38,983 bases of DNA from Octopus bimaculoides (GCF_001194135.2 NC_068985.1:55337852-55376834), one strand, 5' to 3'; shown: positions 11,230 through 23,299, counted from the first letter of the stretch. Notes: a model not told the origin generated them from the letters alone. Numbers and translations are program-made.

Positions 11230-11482
11230 AACATCCATTAGCTTTGTGACAGCTTGCTATGTTTCAATAAGCACTGCAGTTATGCTCTTGGCATTTTTAC
11301 AGCAGATTTTGCTGATCAGTCAGAACATCACATCACAAGAGTTGCATCAGGCATTGGTGCGCAAGAAAACTTTCTGTGGTATTTATGCTTATAATAATGT
11401 ACACAACAAGGGCTTTTTACACAACTGGATGGAGTTTATTTTTAGACCATCTCGGAGTATTTCACAGAAGATTCCCATGTAA
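11230..11482 (+). CDS. ZDHHC23: Last coding exon of the ZDHHC23-like gene: (Q)TSISFVTACYVSISTAVMLLAFLQQILLISQNITSQELHQALVRKKTFCGIYAYNNVHNKGFLHNWMEFIFRPSRSISQKIPM*
   Basis: Pyrimidine tract and cag acceptor ending at 11229; CA+A gives Gln in frame. Contains a TM helix, a TTxE-like motif (NITSQE) and a PaCCT-like motif (NKGFLHNWMEF), resembling the human ZDHHC23 C-terminus (NVTERE..., NRGFLRNW). TAA stop at 11480-11482. Confidence 0.9.
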
Positions 11483-11627
11483 AAATTTTTAAAAATATGT
11501 GTATGTGTGTGGCGGGGGTGAGGTGGGGCTGGGGAGGGTATGCATGTATATTTATATATATGTAGGTATGTATATCTGTGTGTATATGTGTGTGTGTATA
11601 CATATGTGTGTGTGTGTATGATGATTA

Positions 11628-11654
<27 letters not shown>

Positions 11655-11658
<4 letters not shown>

Positions 11659-11893
11659 GGTGACACGTAAAAGCACCCACTACACTCTCTGAGTGGTTGG
11701 CGTTAGGAAGGGCATCCAGCTGTAGAAACTCTGCCAAATTAGATTGGAGCCTAGTGTTGCCATCCGGTTNNNNNNNNNNCCAAATTAGATTGGAGCCTAG
11801 TGTTGCCATCCGGTTTCACCAGTCCTCAGTCAAATCGTCCAACCCATGCTAGCATGGAAAGCGGACGTTAAACGATGATGATGATGATGATGA
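11655..11893 (+). mobile_element. RTE/RTEX LINE 3' UTR fragment just downstream of the ZDHHC23 stop (spans a 10-N gap with duplicated flanks)
   Basis: aaagcacccactacactc...catggaaagcggacgttaaacgatgatgat. Confidence 0.8.
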
Positions 11894-11904
11894 TATACAC
11901 ACAT

Positions 11905-12110
11905 ACATCATCACTATCATCATGTAACATTTATTTTCCATGCTGGCATGGTTTGGGCAGTTTGACAGGAACTTGCAAGGTGAGAAGACTGCACCAAGCT
12001 CTGTTGTCTGCTTTGGCATGGTTTCTATGGTTGGATGCCCTTCCCAATGCCAACTACTTTACAGGGTGTACTGGGTGCTTTTTACATATCACCAGGACTT
12101 GTAATTTGCA
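11905..12110 (-). mobile_element. Related RTE/RTEX 3' UTR fragment (older subfamily)
   Basis: ttccatgctggcatggtttgggcagtttgacagg...ggatgcccttcccaatgccaac, tail-to-tail with the previous copy. Confidence 0.65.
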
Positions 12111-12297
12111 AAACTACTACTCCTCCTCCTTTGATTGGGAGGGGAGTAGTATTGAGGGAAATGGCTTTGTGCCAGTTGATGAGAGGTTAAAATATAACAG
12201 AGGGATAGAGGTAGGTGTCTTGCCGTAGAGGAGATACCTGGATACCCCTGTTGGAAAAGAAAGGAGAGAAAGAGAGAAAAAGATAGATAGATGGATA

Positions 12298-12335
<38 letters not shown>

Positions 12336-12829
12336 GGTGGTGGTGGATATGTGTTGAGACATGCCCTTAAGGTACAGTGGGTGGGGGGTTAATTTAAGTG
12401 AAGTGGTACTGGACAGGGTGAGTGGGCAGGAGAGTAGACAGGGAAGTTTCACAAAAGTGTGAGGAGAGATAGGGTTGAGATGACTATAGCAAGGGATGCA
12501 AATGATGGTGGGGGATATAGGAGTGGCTCAGGGAAGTTATGGTAGATATTTGAAGCCATTGAGAGTGATAGCAGATAAGAGAAGTATTAACGATGGAGTA
12601 TAGCAGAGAGGAGAGAGAGCAATGGCAGAAGGCACAGAAAGGAGGTGATTGGTGGAAATAGTGGGCAGGAAGATAATCAGAAATGAAATTCTGCTCTCAG
12701 GTGATTAAAGCAGTTGAGTAGAACCATAGATAGATAAATAATGAATGTTAGAGGATGAGATTTGCGGGAAATGCTTGATGAGTTAGAGAGAGAGTGGAGG
12801 TAGGGCAAGACCCCTCACATGTACAAACA

Positions 12830-13990
12830 TTACCAAGCTGGTTTTAGGATATCTTTTCTGCTCTGATGGACAGGTCTTCTTGAGCACAGAAAAACCCCAA
12901 GCATCTTGGTCCTTTGTCATCTCCATAAGGCTCAGCATCTTGAGATTGGCCTTCCATACCTTCATGCCTTCGTGGGTCTTTCTCTTCCACAAATTCCATC
13001 CACTTTAAGCAATTAGCATTTCTTTATGCAACTATTCCTCAGCCATATGCATCACATGACCAAACTAGCATAGTCTTCTCTCTTGATCACTACATCTGAT
13101 TCTTTTATGCCTAGCTTTTCCCTCAGTACACAAGTACTTTGTCATGAACACCGACATTGTGCATTTAATTGAGCATACTAGCTTCATTCCTTTTTAGACT
13201 TTACACAGCTTCTGCATTTAGGGCCCATGTCTCACTACCATTTAGCATTACTGTTCATACACAAGCATCATATAATCTTCCATTCACTCAGAGAGAGACC
13301 TTTTGTCGTCAATAGAGATAAAAGCTCTCTGACTATAATGCTACTACACCAGTCATTGGGGCTGATGCCTTCCTGAATAACTTGATTAACTATACAGGCA
13401 ACCAGACTGTAATCCTACACCACCAGATATTTTAAGCATCTCAGCAGTAATTCCTGATGGACTAGTGGCTTTCCCTGTCTTCATATCCTCAATTGCCTAA
13501 TCTATCTTACTGATGTCAACTAGAAATACTAATCTCTCTGTTGGATTCACATTGGAGAGACTCCCTTTCTCCCATTCATTCTCTGCATTTAATAACCTTT
13601 CATAATAACACTTTCATGCTTCCTTCCTTTCAGAGTCACTAAGTGCAAGCATACCATTATCCATCTGTGCACACTTCTCTCCCATAACATCTTGATTCTC
13701 TCTGATACAGTCTAGCAATCTGGAACATCACAAGTCTCTGATTTTCATGCTATATGACATTGACAAACTTCTTCCTTTCTGCTTCTGCCATTGCTAGATG
13801 AATCTGTAGCCTATCTTCCCTCCTAGTTACTTGATACAAGTCTTTGTTGCTCCCCTTTTCTAGTTTTTTCCAAGTTCATCTCTTTGTCTTTATAACCCTG
13901 TCTACCTTACTCTTCCACCACCATATCATCCACAGTTTGGTTGAAACTTTGCTCCAACTACAGATTTGATGTGCAGCCTTCAGAAGGTTG
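12830..13990 (-). mobile_element. RTE/RTEX-like LINE with the RT core internally deleted
   Basis: RENQDVMGE..YERLLNAENEW..AIEDMKTGKATSPSGITAEMLK..DWCSSIIV joins directly to RELLSLLTTKGLSL..FGHV..MTKDQDAW. Confidence 0.8.
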
Positions 13991-14221
13991 TCCCATAAGA
14001 ACTTCCAGTTGTAAAATGTTATATGACAATATCACCTCCTCTTTTCCAACAGATTCTTTAATCAGAAGGTCTCTAAATCACTATAGCATAAATACACTCA
14101 CACACACATTTTTGTGTGTAAACATATGTAATTATATATGCATATAAAATGCCAAGGCTGGTTCCTTCAGATGGTATGTTTTATGATGTTAGTTTTTTTC
14201 CTGGTTACTTAGCATGTAAAG

Positions 14222-14650
14222 TACAATATTGATAATTAAGAGAATGAATAATTTGAACATTCAAATTTTATGTTTATTTACAGTTGGTTTATTCATAATA
14301 ATTGTCTGACATGTGTTTCGATCACATTAATTGCATATTTATATGCAACGATTTATGCATAATTAGTACAATCTCTTCAGGGTGTATAAATATGACATTG
14401 TTCGAAGAGGAATTTTCCTCCATTATTAGTTTGAACTAGTCTTGGTAGCAGTAGTAGTAAACCATGATGTTCATGAGCTGTTTTTCACAATTTACAGTTT
14501 TTCACAACTCACAACTACCATAATGCATAAATCACTGCATATAAATATGCAACAGTATTCATGTCAGACAATTATTTTGAATAAACCAACTGTAAATAAA
14601 CATGAAGTTTGAATGTGCAAATTCATCATTCTCCTTATTATCAATATGTA
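14222..14650. repeat. Inverted repeat (~135-bp arms), probable MITE
   Basis: tgtttatttacagttggtttattcataataattgtctgacatg versus catgtcagacaattattttgaataaaccaactgtaaataaaca. Confidence 0.8.
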
Positions 14651-14727
14651 TATATTTATAAATACACACACACACACATTTTTGTGTATATGTTTTGCTG
14701 TATGTAAACATATGTAATTATATATGT

Positions 14728-14760
<33 letters not shown>

Positions 14761-15689
14761 CATAATATGTATACATATATATTTATGCACATACATATAT
14801 AATGTGTCTATTTTCCTATGAATGTATTTATTCTTTGTATAATGGGCATAAAAATATTATTTGTGTGATAAATGCAATTCTTTTAATTACTATATTATAT
14901 TTTAATTAACTTTATTATATTTGATAAACATCATTGAAGATTTGCAACAGATTATTATGAAAGACAGTTATAATACTTCCATTGTAAAACCATTGATCTG
15001 ATATTTGAAATATGTATATAGCTATATTTTGTATAAAAACAGAACTCCATAACAATAATATACTAAATAAACATTCAGTGATATCAAAATTATGGCTTTT
15101 ACTTTTCTTTGTATGCAGAAATAAATCTTTTTGTTTTCTAAGAATTGTTTAGGCCCAAATGTCTCTTTTGTGCTGGTCACTCTCATCAATAATAAAAGCA
15201 TTGCTATCCATTTTGCTGATTCCATAACAGTAGTTTAGTATGGGTCTTGCCTGATTGCTTGCTACCATCCTTGCCCCTTTACCATTTAAACAGGCCATAT
15301 TGGGCCCAGATATTCTACCTGTTTTATGTTCAAACTGACCAGATCTGACCTTTCACTCCTACCCTACAGTATCATTATAAAGATAAGCAATCATATCATC
15401 AAAATCTCAAAGCTACAAGATAATGCATGCTTAATTCAAAATATTGTGTATAAATAAGCATTACATTTGACAGAGTAATATGAATGCTAAAGGTTAAATG
15501 GAATATTCTTTCAACTATATTAAATGCATGTATATAAATGCCACCCTGTGCAGCCCACATACTTCAAGCTGTGCCAATGTTCCATAATCTGTCTGCTTGT
15601 CTCTGCCTATTTCTTTCTTCCCAATCTCAACACCCTTCACAATAACTGAATCCTTTTATTATGTATAAGCCTAGCTTTTGAAGAAGAAT

Positions 15690-16077
15690 TGGTGTAATTA
15701 ATTGAATCAGCCAGATCCCACTGTGGTACCAGTATCTTTTTTAGGGATCCAATAAGAATGAAAGAGAAACTTAACTGATGCATGCAAAATTTGAATTCAG
15801 AACCTATTCAAGCAAAACTTGTCCTTTCTAATTATGATCACTTAGATTGGAAGAATTAAATCAAATGTAATACTTGATTGGTACTTGTTTTATTGACCTC
15901 AGGAGGAATTAAATGCAATGTCAAACCTGGTAGGAATTGAATTCAGATCATAAAAGTGATATAACAAAATATTGCAAGGTATTTTGTCTGGTTCCTTACC
16001 AGTACTGCCAAATTATTTCCTCAATCTCTTTGTAATAATTGAAAGATTCGCTACATCATTTCTTGCCTTGCCTTGAG

Positions 16078-16118
<41 letters not shown>

Positions 16119-16400
16119 GTTTAATGTCTGCCTTCTGTGCTGGCAAGGGTGGGAATGTAGGTGCCATTGTGACATACAGTGTGTTTTGGGTACCTAAACC
16201 TAGCAGAGCCCATCTTTCTTCCTAAGTTTGATCACAGCTGATTTTGAAGAAGAGCAACAACAAGAACTAGTGCTTGATTGATACTTCTTTTAGATTAACT
16301 CCCAAAAGAATGAAACGCAAGGTTGACCACCACAGGATTTGAACTCTGAATGCTGGCCCAAATGCTACAAGTCAATCTGTTTAAAGTTCTATTGATTCTG
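15690..16400 (-). mobile_element. Cluster of three degenerate SINE family C fragments around a (CAT)n tract
   Basis: Recurring gaatgaaa...tttgaattcagaa / ggaattgaattcaga / ggatttgaactctgaa motifs at ~15755-15805, ~15905-15950 and ~16310-16350. Confidence 0.55.
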
Positions 16401-16466
16401 CTAATTTCCCATTTACATCATTCTATCAACTTCATTGATAGTATAGAACTTGCTTGTATGAATTAA

Positions 16467-16687
16467 CCCTTTAGCATTCAAACTGGCCATATCTGGCCCA
16501 AATATTCTTATTGTTTTATGTTCCAATCAGCCAGATCTGGCCTCTCACACCTATCCCACAATGCCATTCTAAAAATAAAACAATCACATCATTGAAATCT
16601 CAAAGCTATGAGATAATGCATGATTAAATCAAAACAAAGTGAATAAATAAGCATTATATTTGATTGAGTAACCTGAATGCTAAAGGG
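16467..16687. mobile_element. piggyBac-like MITE (family D)
   Basis: ttaa|CCCTTTAGCATTCA ... TGAATGCTAAAGGG|tcaa: a 14-bp TIR with TTAA-type TSD. Related copies at ~1695-1915, ~10105-10325 (reverse) and ~15280-15495. Confidence 0.75.
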
Positions 16688-16838
16688 TCAAAACAGATTT
16701 TGACATCATTCTGGTTGTGCTTCTATACTTATGTTTCCTATGACTGGATGTGTTTAAACAGAAAATTTGAAACGAAGGAGACCTCTTGTATGGCACTGAG
16801 TCATTTACAACTATCACAACACACACATGCACACACAT

Positions 16839-17494
16839 TTTTTCGTAATTAATAAATGCAATGCACAGAGGAAGTCAGTACTCTCTCACTAATTCCAGCA
16901 ACTGCATTAGAGTAAATATATAATCTATAGTACTGTACTTCTTTCTGAACCCCCATGCTCATCCAGTTGTTGAGATAGCCATTCGGTGATTATCTTCATG
17001 AACAACTTGTAAATATAAGACAGGAGGAAGATGGGATGGTAGTTCTTAAGATCTTCCTTATTACCCTTCTTGTACTTAACTCCTTCCATTGGGAAGGTAT
17101 TGACCCTTCCTCTAGGTTACAGTTGAAGCATAGAGTGAGGATTTTCCATTGCTGCTCTCTGCTGGCCTGCAGCGTTTCAGATGTTATGCCATCCTTGTCC
17201 AGTACTTTTCCCCTGTTCATCAGCTTGAGGGCTCTGATCAGAATAGATGATACTTTCTCTCCTTCATTTTTCAACGATGGAAGTGCAACCACTGCTCTCG
17301 ATTTAAAGGATTTGCAGACTTCCTCCACACCTCTTCTGTTGGTCACTGCATTTCTGTCCTGGTTCTTCAGTGTTGTTACTTCCATTCTATAAAGCTTCAT
17401 CTCCCTTTCACTTTTCTTGAGGCTCTTCTGTCTTTGTGTGGTCTTCAGGAGCTTCTCTTTTCTGTACCTCTCAAAGTCATTCTCAAGGCATCAC
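16839..17494 (-). mobile_element. RTE-clade LINE, inverted 5' segment (linker to RT domain 2)
   Basis: Minus strand reads ALKLMNRGKVLDKDGITSETL...IPSQWK...KNYHPIFLLSYIYKLFMKII...GFRKKYSTIDYIFTLMQLLELVREY*LPLCIAFINYEK. Confidence 0.85.
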
Positions 17495-18520
17495 CTGTGC
17501 ATTGTTTATTGATTACGTAAAAACCTTTGACAGTATCGAAATTGACACAGTACTGCAAGCTCTCAGGAAATAAGGTGTGATGACACAATATGTCACCCTT
17601 CTTAGGGAGGCAAATACTGGGTGCACAACAAATGTGGTCCCATTATCCTTACCTGTGAATGTTCCGGTGAAGTGTGTCAAGATACACTTTTCACAATGTG
17701 TCTCAAGATGGTCATGTGAGACATGATCTGGAATGGGGGCATAAGGATAAATAGAGAGCTGCTCACCCATCTAAGATTTGCTGATGACATAGCACTGGTA
17801 GCGGAGAGTACCAATCAGCTGCAGACCATGCTGGATGAACTGGCTTTCAGGGGTTTGGCAGTTGGCCTGAAGATCAACCGTACAAAAACCAAGTACATGC
17901 ATTGTGAGAGCATACCGATCGGTCACTTAAAAGTTAGAGGTAATGAAATAGAAGAAGTGAGCAGCTAATGTGTATCTCAGTCAAGAAGTGACTATAAAGT
18001 GAGAGATGGAGAATGAGATCTCGCAAAGGGTAAGAGCAAGATGGAGAGCATTCAGCCCAGTGAAGGATGTGCTGAAGGCAAACCAAGACAAGGCAACTCA
18101 TGCCAATCTCTTCAACAGCTCAGTCTTGCTGGCAATGCTATACGCATGTGAGACTTGGGCCTTGATTAAGAGAAAACAACAACACCTGCTTACAGTGCAG
18201 AGAGCCATGGAAAGGTTGATGTTGGGAATCTCGCTAAAAGATCACATCCGGAAAGAGGAAATCAGGGATAGAACTGGAGTGAAGGATGTCTTCACAGAAT
18301 ACCACCACACAAAGCTATGATGAACCAGTCGTGTCGCAAGGTCCACAGACAGTCGGTGGACCTGTGCAGTTGTTGAGTGGTACCTGCGTGAACAAAAGAA
18401 ACCACTCGGAAGACCTCCGACCAGGTGGGAAGATGATTTAAGAAAGATATTTGGAACAATGTGGAGAATGGTGAAAGCACAAGGGGAATAGAACAAATGC
18501 TGTGGTTAGCAGAGCTGGTG
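17495..18520 (+). mobile_element. RTE-clade LINE, forward 3' segment (RT core and C-terminus), decayed
   Basis: FIDYVKTFDSI...LTHLRFADDIALVAE...LKINRTKTKYM...MLYACETW...QRAMERLMLGISLKDHIR...GRPPTRWEDD. Confidence 0.9.
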
Positions 18521-18611
18521 CAGCACCAGATAGCCTGGCCAATACTAGCAATACCTGTGGAAATTCCATGGTAAATAAAAAATTTTCTAAATTGTTGGAA
18601 GTTTATATAAC

Positions 18612-18930
18612 TGGCACTCCGTTGGTTATGACAAGGGTTCTAGTTGATCCGATCAACGGAACAGCCTGCTCATAAAATTAATGTGCATGTGGCTGAGCAT
18701 TCCACTGATATGTGTACCCTTAATGTAGTCCTCAGGGAGATTCAGCCAGACAGAGTGTGACAAGGCTGGCTCTTTGAAATACAAGTACAACTCATTTTTG
18801 CCAGCTGAGTGAACTGAAGCAAGGTGAGATAAAGTGTCTTGCTCAAAAACACAATGCATCATTGGGAATTGAACTCACAACCTTACGACTGTGAGCTGAA
18901 TACCCTAACCACTAAATCATGTGCCTTCAT
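18612..18930 (-). mobile_element. SINE family B, full-length (tRNA head, CTTGAGCAAG central motif, distinct 3' tail)
   Basis: A-box-like TGATTTAGTGG, B-box-like GAGTTCAATTCC, ttgagcaagacactttatctcac, tail ...gctgttccgttgatcggatcaactagaacc. Confidence 0.8.
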
Positions 18931-20194
18931 AGAAGTTTATATAGAATCACAAAAATTAATGTTTCATTTGAAATTGTATATTTTGCATTATTTTCGTTTA
19001 ATAAAACATTTCAATTCTTCTGAATGAGGCTGTAACTGAGGGAGCATAACTTTCTCATTTTCTCAGTAGATCAGAGGGTTATTTATAAATCTAGGAGCTT
19101 TCAAATGATTACAGAGAATATTCATGTCACCAATGTTACAGCTTTCAACCATATGTTAAGTTTTTTTTTTTTTGATGTTCTCATCTGCTTTCATTTTATA
19201 TTCTATCTTGATCAGGTTCTCTTATCTGTTGTAAATACTCACTGTATTCTCATATTTTCCCTTCTATGCTGCTGCTCCTGAGCTTCTAGTGATTTGACCC
19301 TCGGTTTCTCTTTATATTGTTGCTTATATCATCTCATTCTGTCTCTTGTTAGCCATAGTTTATAAACAAATATCAATTTTTAAGTGAGCAGACAATAATT
19401 GCACTTACGTGCATGCTTCAAGTGATAGGTGATATAAAAAAATTTGATTCAAAATAGGGAAGAAAAACACTTTTCACTAACCACCACCATCATCATTGTT
19501 ATAGTAGTTTTCAGTAACAAAGCCCAGTCTAAGCTGTTTGCTGATCAAGATTATTTTTCCTTTCATTTCATTTCCATTGGTTGTTTCATATCCTGCTGTC
19601 AGTGTATTTATTTGCTCTGATAAATGATGTTTAAAATTTCTCTCAGCTAAATACTTTATATTTCCCCTCTCTCTACCTCTTACTTAAACAAACTTTTTAA
19701 TATGTCATTATCATTTCTCTTCACCTCTCACTTCCACTAACCATGTGACATTGTAATGTACTGGTTGGCTATGTCACTGTCTCTGCTTCTTACTCTCAAT
19801 ATGTCTCTTTCTCTGCTTCTCACTCCCAATATAACTCCCTCTATCTCTCTGCCTTTCTTTAACTTCACTATCAGAATATTACCCCCTCTGCTAAACATTG
19901 TATTTCTATATCTCTCTCTTCAACTAACTTTTTAACCATGCAATATCTATTACTTTCCCCCTACTACATATCATTAACACTTCTCTCTCCCTCTTCACTT
20001 TTCCCTTCAACTAACCATGACAGCTCCTTTCCCTAACTCTTCTTCCTCCTCTCTCCCTTTGGTTTCTGTCCACTAAATTCACTTACAAAGTTTTTGGTGT
20101 CAGCCCAGTGTTATAGTAAAAAACACTGAAAATAAACCTGAAGCCACATGGTTGGGAAGCAAACTTCTTAACCACACAGACATGCTTCTTTTTG

Positions 20195-20470
20195 TGTTTG
20201 CATGAGTTGGATAGGTTTTCCCCATCACAGTGTCTCAACACTTGTTACTGTTTCCAGTCATTTCCTTGGTAAATTTCATTCCCCTGAGACCAGTCTTCAA
20301 CACTTCTTCCCATGTCTTCTTCAATAGGTTTTCCTATACAGATCTTTGGGCACTCCTTTTCCTATCATCTTCCATGCACATCACATGTCCATACTAATTG
20401 AGTCTTTTTTCTTACACAATATAGTTCATTCCTATTATACCCAGTTTTTCTCTCAGATCATTTTATACAG
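20195..20470 (-). mobile_element. Old RTE/RTEX-like LINE 3' fragment
   Basis: GHVMCME..KKTWEEVLKT..EMT..K; homologous to the ends at 12830-13100 and 27100-27320. Confidence 0.65.
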
Positions 20471-20854
20471 CACTAATTGATTATAGATTAATTTTCTAGT
20501 TACTGGATAAACCATTCCTCATATGATCTATCAATGGATAAAATCTTTGTCTTGTGGCCTAATATAATCTGATTTAACTTAGGTCATGATAGAAATTACT
20601 GCCAGCTTGTTTTTTATTGAATTACAGAGGCAAGTAGCACATTTTGTACATACATAAATTTAATGCACAATATATGGATTTAACTAACCAGTGGTATTCA
20701 TAAAAAAAAGCTCCTTTAATGGATCAGGCTACAAGCCATATAAAGTAAAACAAAACAAAGGGATGTAATGTATAGTGCAGTTGAAAATCCAATTGGTAAG
20801 GAATGTGTTAAATATAAAGGAGATATACTTCCTCTCTTTATATTTTATTACATT

Positions 20855-20898
<44 letters not shown>

Positions 20899-21224
20899 CA
20901 TACTCATATATTTACAATCTGTTTGGATCATCGTTAACTTAACCATCAAAGTACAGTATCTAGTTATAACCTAAGTTTTCTTTAGGTGATGTGTACACAA
21001 TACGACCCATTCAATCATTTTATTTAATGGATTATCTTTAGTGAATAAAACCTGAGATCACAGAATTTATTGTTGCTCATATACAGCTTTGCCTTAGTAA
21101 TGATACACCATTTCAAGATGTAATGTATGTTCCAATCCTTCAGTTACTATATGTGTCTTAATAGTGATGTGGTTCTAATAATTCTTAACTAATTTAACTT
21201 TGATTATTTTTTGCACAAGGCTAG

Positions 21225-21600
21225 CAATTTTAAGGGGCAAGAGCAAGTCGATCATATCAACCTCTATACTTGACTGGTACTATATTTCATGTAAAGAGAC
21301 AGAATACCGAAAGGTATTTTGTCTGACACTCCAATGATTCTCTCAATCCACTACCTTTGTTGTAGTGGTAGTAAAAATAATTATAATAATGGTTTCAAAT
21401 TTTGGCATGAGACCAGCAATTTCGGGGGGGGGGGATAAGTTGATTACATCAACCCCAGTGTTCAACTGGCACTTATTTTAGTGACCCTGAAAGGATGAAA
21501 GGTAAAATCAACCCCACCGGAATTTGTACTCGAACATAAAAATGGACGAAATGCTGCTAAGCATTTAGCCTGGCATGCTAACAATTCTGCCAGCTTAATA
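21225..21600 (-). mobile_element. Two tandem copies of SINE family C
   Basis: Same motifs as 24815-25470, separated by an (AAT)n-like tract near 21372-21390. Confidence 0.75.
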
Positions 21601-22424
21601 ATAATAATAAGAGTACACAGAGAGAGCAAACCTCCAACAAAGTAACACCAACATCCTCTCAACAATTAGCCAGAGATGATTTTTAAAACAAGAATATCTT
21701 AAATAAATTCAACTGGTCTCACAAACGAGAATACTAAAAATGAACCTGACTACTCTTAAAAATCAAGTAAAAAAAAAAACCGGAAAAATAATCCAGAATC
21801 CTTGTTCACTACCTGATTGATCCCAATGGAAGTTATGGAATGTGAAGGTGGGTGTGCGGGCTGTGTTTGTAATGCTGTGTGTGTATCGTCTGCAGTGGGA
21901 ACAGAGAGTTTTCTCTATGAAGGCCTTTTTTAGTCTATCCACTGTTATACTGTCTTTACGACCATTAAGTCTATAGTGAAAAATTTATCCATGCATGAAA
22001 GAAAACGGAAAGGACCTGCATACGGTGCTGTTAACAGAGGTTTAACAACATCGTTGCACACAAAAATGTGAGTCCAAGAAGTAAAGCTTCCGTCCAGACA
22101 GAGCTAGAAATGCAATTGTCAAGTAGGTAAGAGGTTTCAAACAGGAGCAATATATTCAAAACTGGTAAAACTAAAAATTGCTGAGGATAAATTAAATTTA
22201 TTATTGCTACTGAATATGTTAGTATTATTTAATTTCTGAACGGTTTTGCTGTCGTTTGTTTATGTAGTTTGATTTCTTTATCCACCAGTTTCTACTTAGA
22301 GACATGAGTAAAATTAATAATAGAGAAATGAAAATAAAACTTTAGAAACACCAATACCGCCATAACTGATGTGGAAAGACTTGAAAGTCAATGTAAGATT
22401 GTAATATTTCATGTAAAGTAAATA

Positions 22425-22617
22425 TAATAATCCAGAATCCTTGTCCAGTGCTGGATCAATCCCCAAATCTAATCGGTTTGTGCCAGTCATGAGGCCAAAC
22501 ATCCCTGAAAGTTTCATCTGAATCCATCCAGCAGTTCTTGAGATATCTTGCTCATGGACAAACAAACACGACTGAAAACAATACCCTCCGCCTTCACAAA
22601 GGTGGAGGTAATAATAA
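22425..22617 (-). mobile_element. Helentron-associated / DINE-like non-autonomous element fragment
   Basis: Minus strand starts attattACCTCCACCTTtgtgAAGGCGGAGGTattgttttc (terminal stem-loop), then (GTTT)n and gatatctcaagaactgctggatggattcagatgaaacttt. This resembles the widespread TTACCTCCGCCAAGGAGG-type repeats; class assignment is from recall. Confidence 0.55.
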
Positions 22618-22769
22618 TGATGGCCACTCCTATCAATTTTGACATATGAGTGCTTGAAGGAAAAAGAAAGGATTAAAAATAAGAGATGCTGTGTCTATTT
22701 GCAATGGATTTTGCTATGATGGTTTTGATTTTACTTGGGATTGGACAAATGTGTTTGTTAATTGCAGGA

Positions 22770-23230
22770 TATAATTCTTTTCTTGCTGTTTCTTAAACTC
22801 AAATTGTTTAGATGGATCATGATACATTCTACATCACTCTGATCTAGGCAATAAATTAAGCTGTAGAGATTTTAGTGATTGCTTCAACTTATCCTTATAT
22901 GTAAGGATGGGTCTTCCTTTACCATGGAACCCTTCTATTCGTTGGCCTTACAAAAGAATTCGTATTTGAACAACATGTCCTGCCTGTCTGACCTGAATTC
23001 TCAATAGCATGCTTTCAATACTGGAGCTATCACATTTTCCTAAAATTTTGACATTTAATATCTTATTCTGCAATTTTATGTTGCAGATATTGCACAGACA
23101 GCACATGTGAAAAGTTTCAAATTTCTTTATATGTCTGTAGTAGAGAATCCTTGCTTCTGTCCCATAAAAATGTGTGCTAAAAATACTAGATTTGTATCCA
23201 CTTATTTTAGTTTTCAAACTGATACTGTGT
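22770..23230 (-). mobile_element. BovB-like RTE LINE, C-terminal fragment
   Basis: KTKISGYKSSIFSTHFYGTE...FHMCCLCNICNIKLQNKILNVKIL...SIESMLLRIQVRQAGHVV matches the RTE-BovB post-RT region. Confidence 0.7.
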
Positions 23231-23299
23231 TCATCCCATAAACGATAGGAAAGTTTTCCAAAAGTACTTGTAGCCTTAAATATTCTAATAATGACTTTG

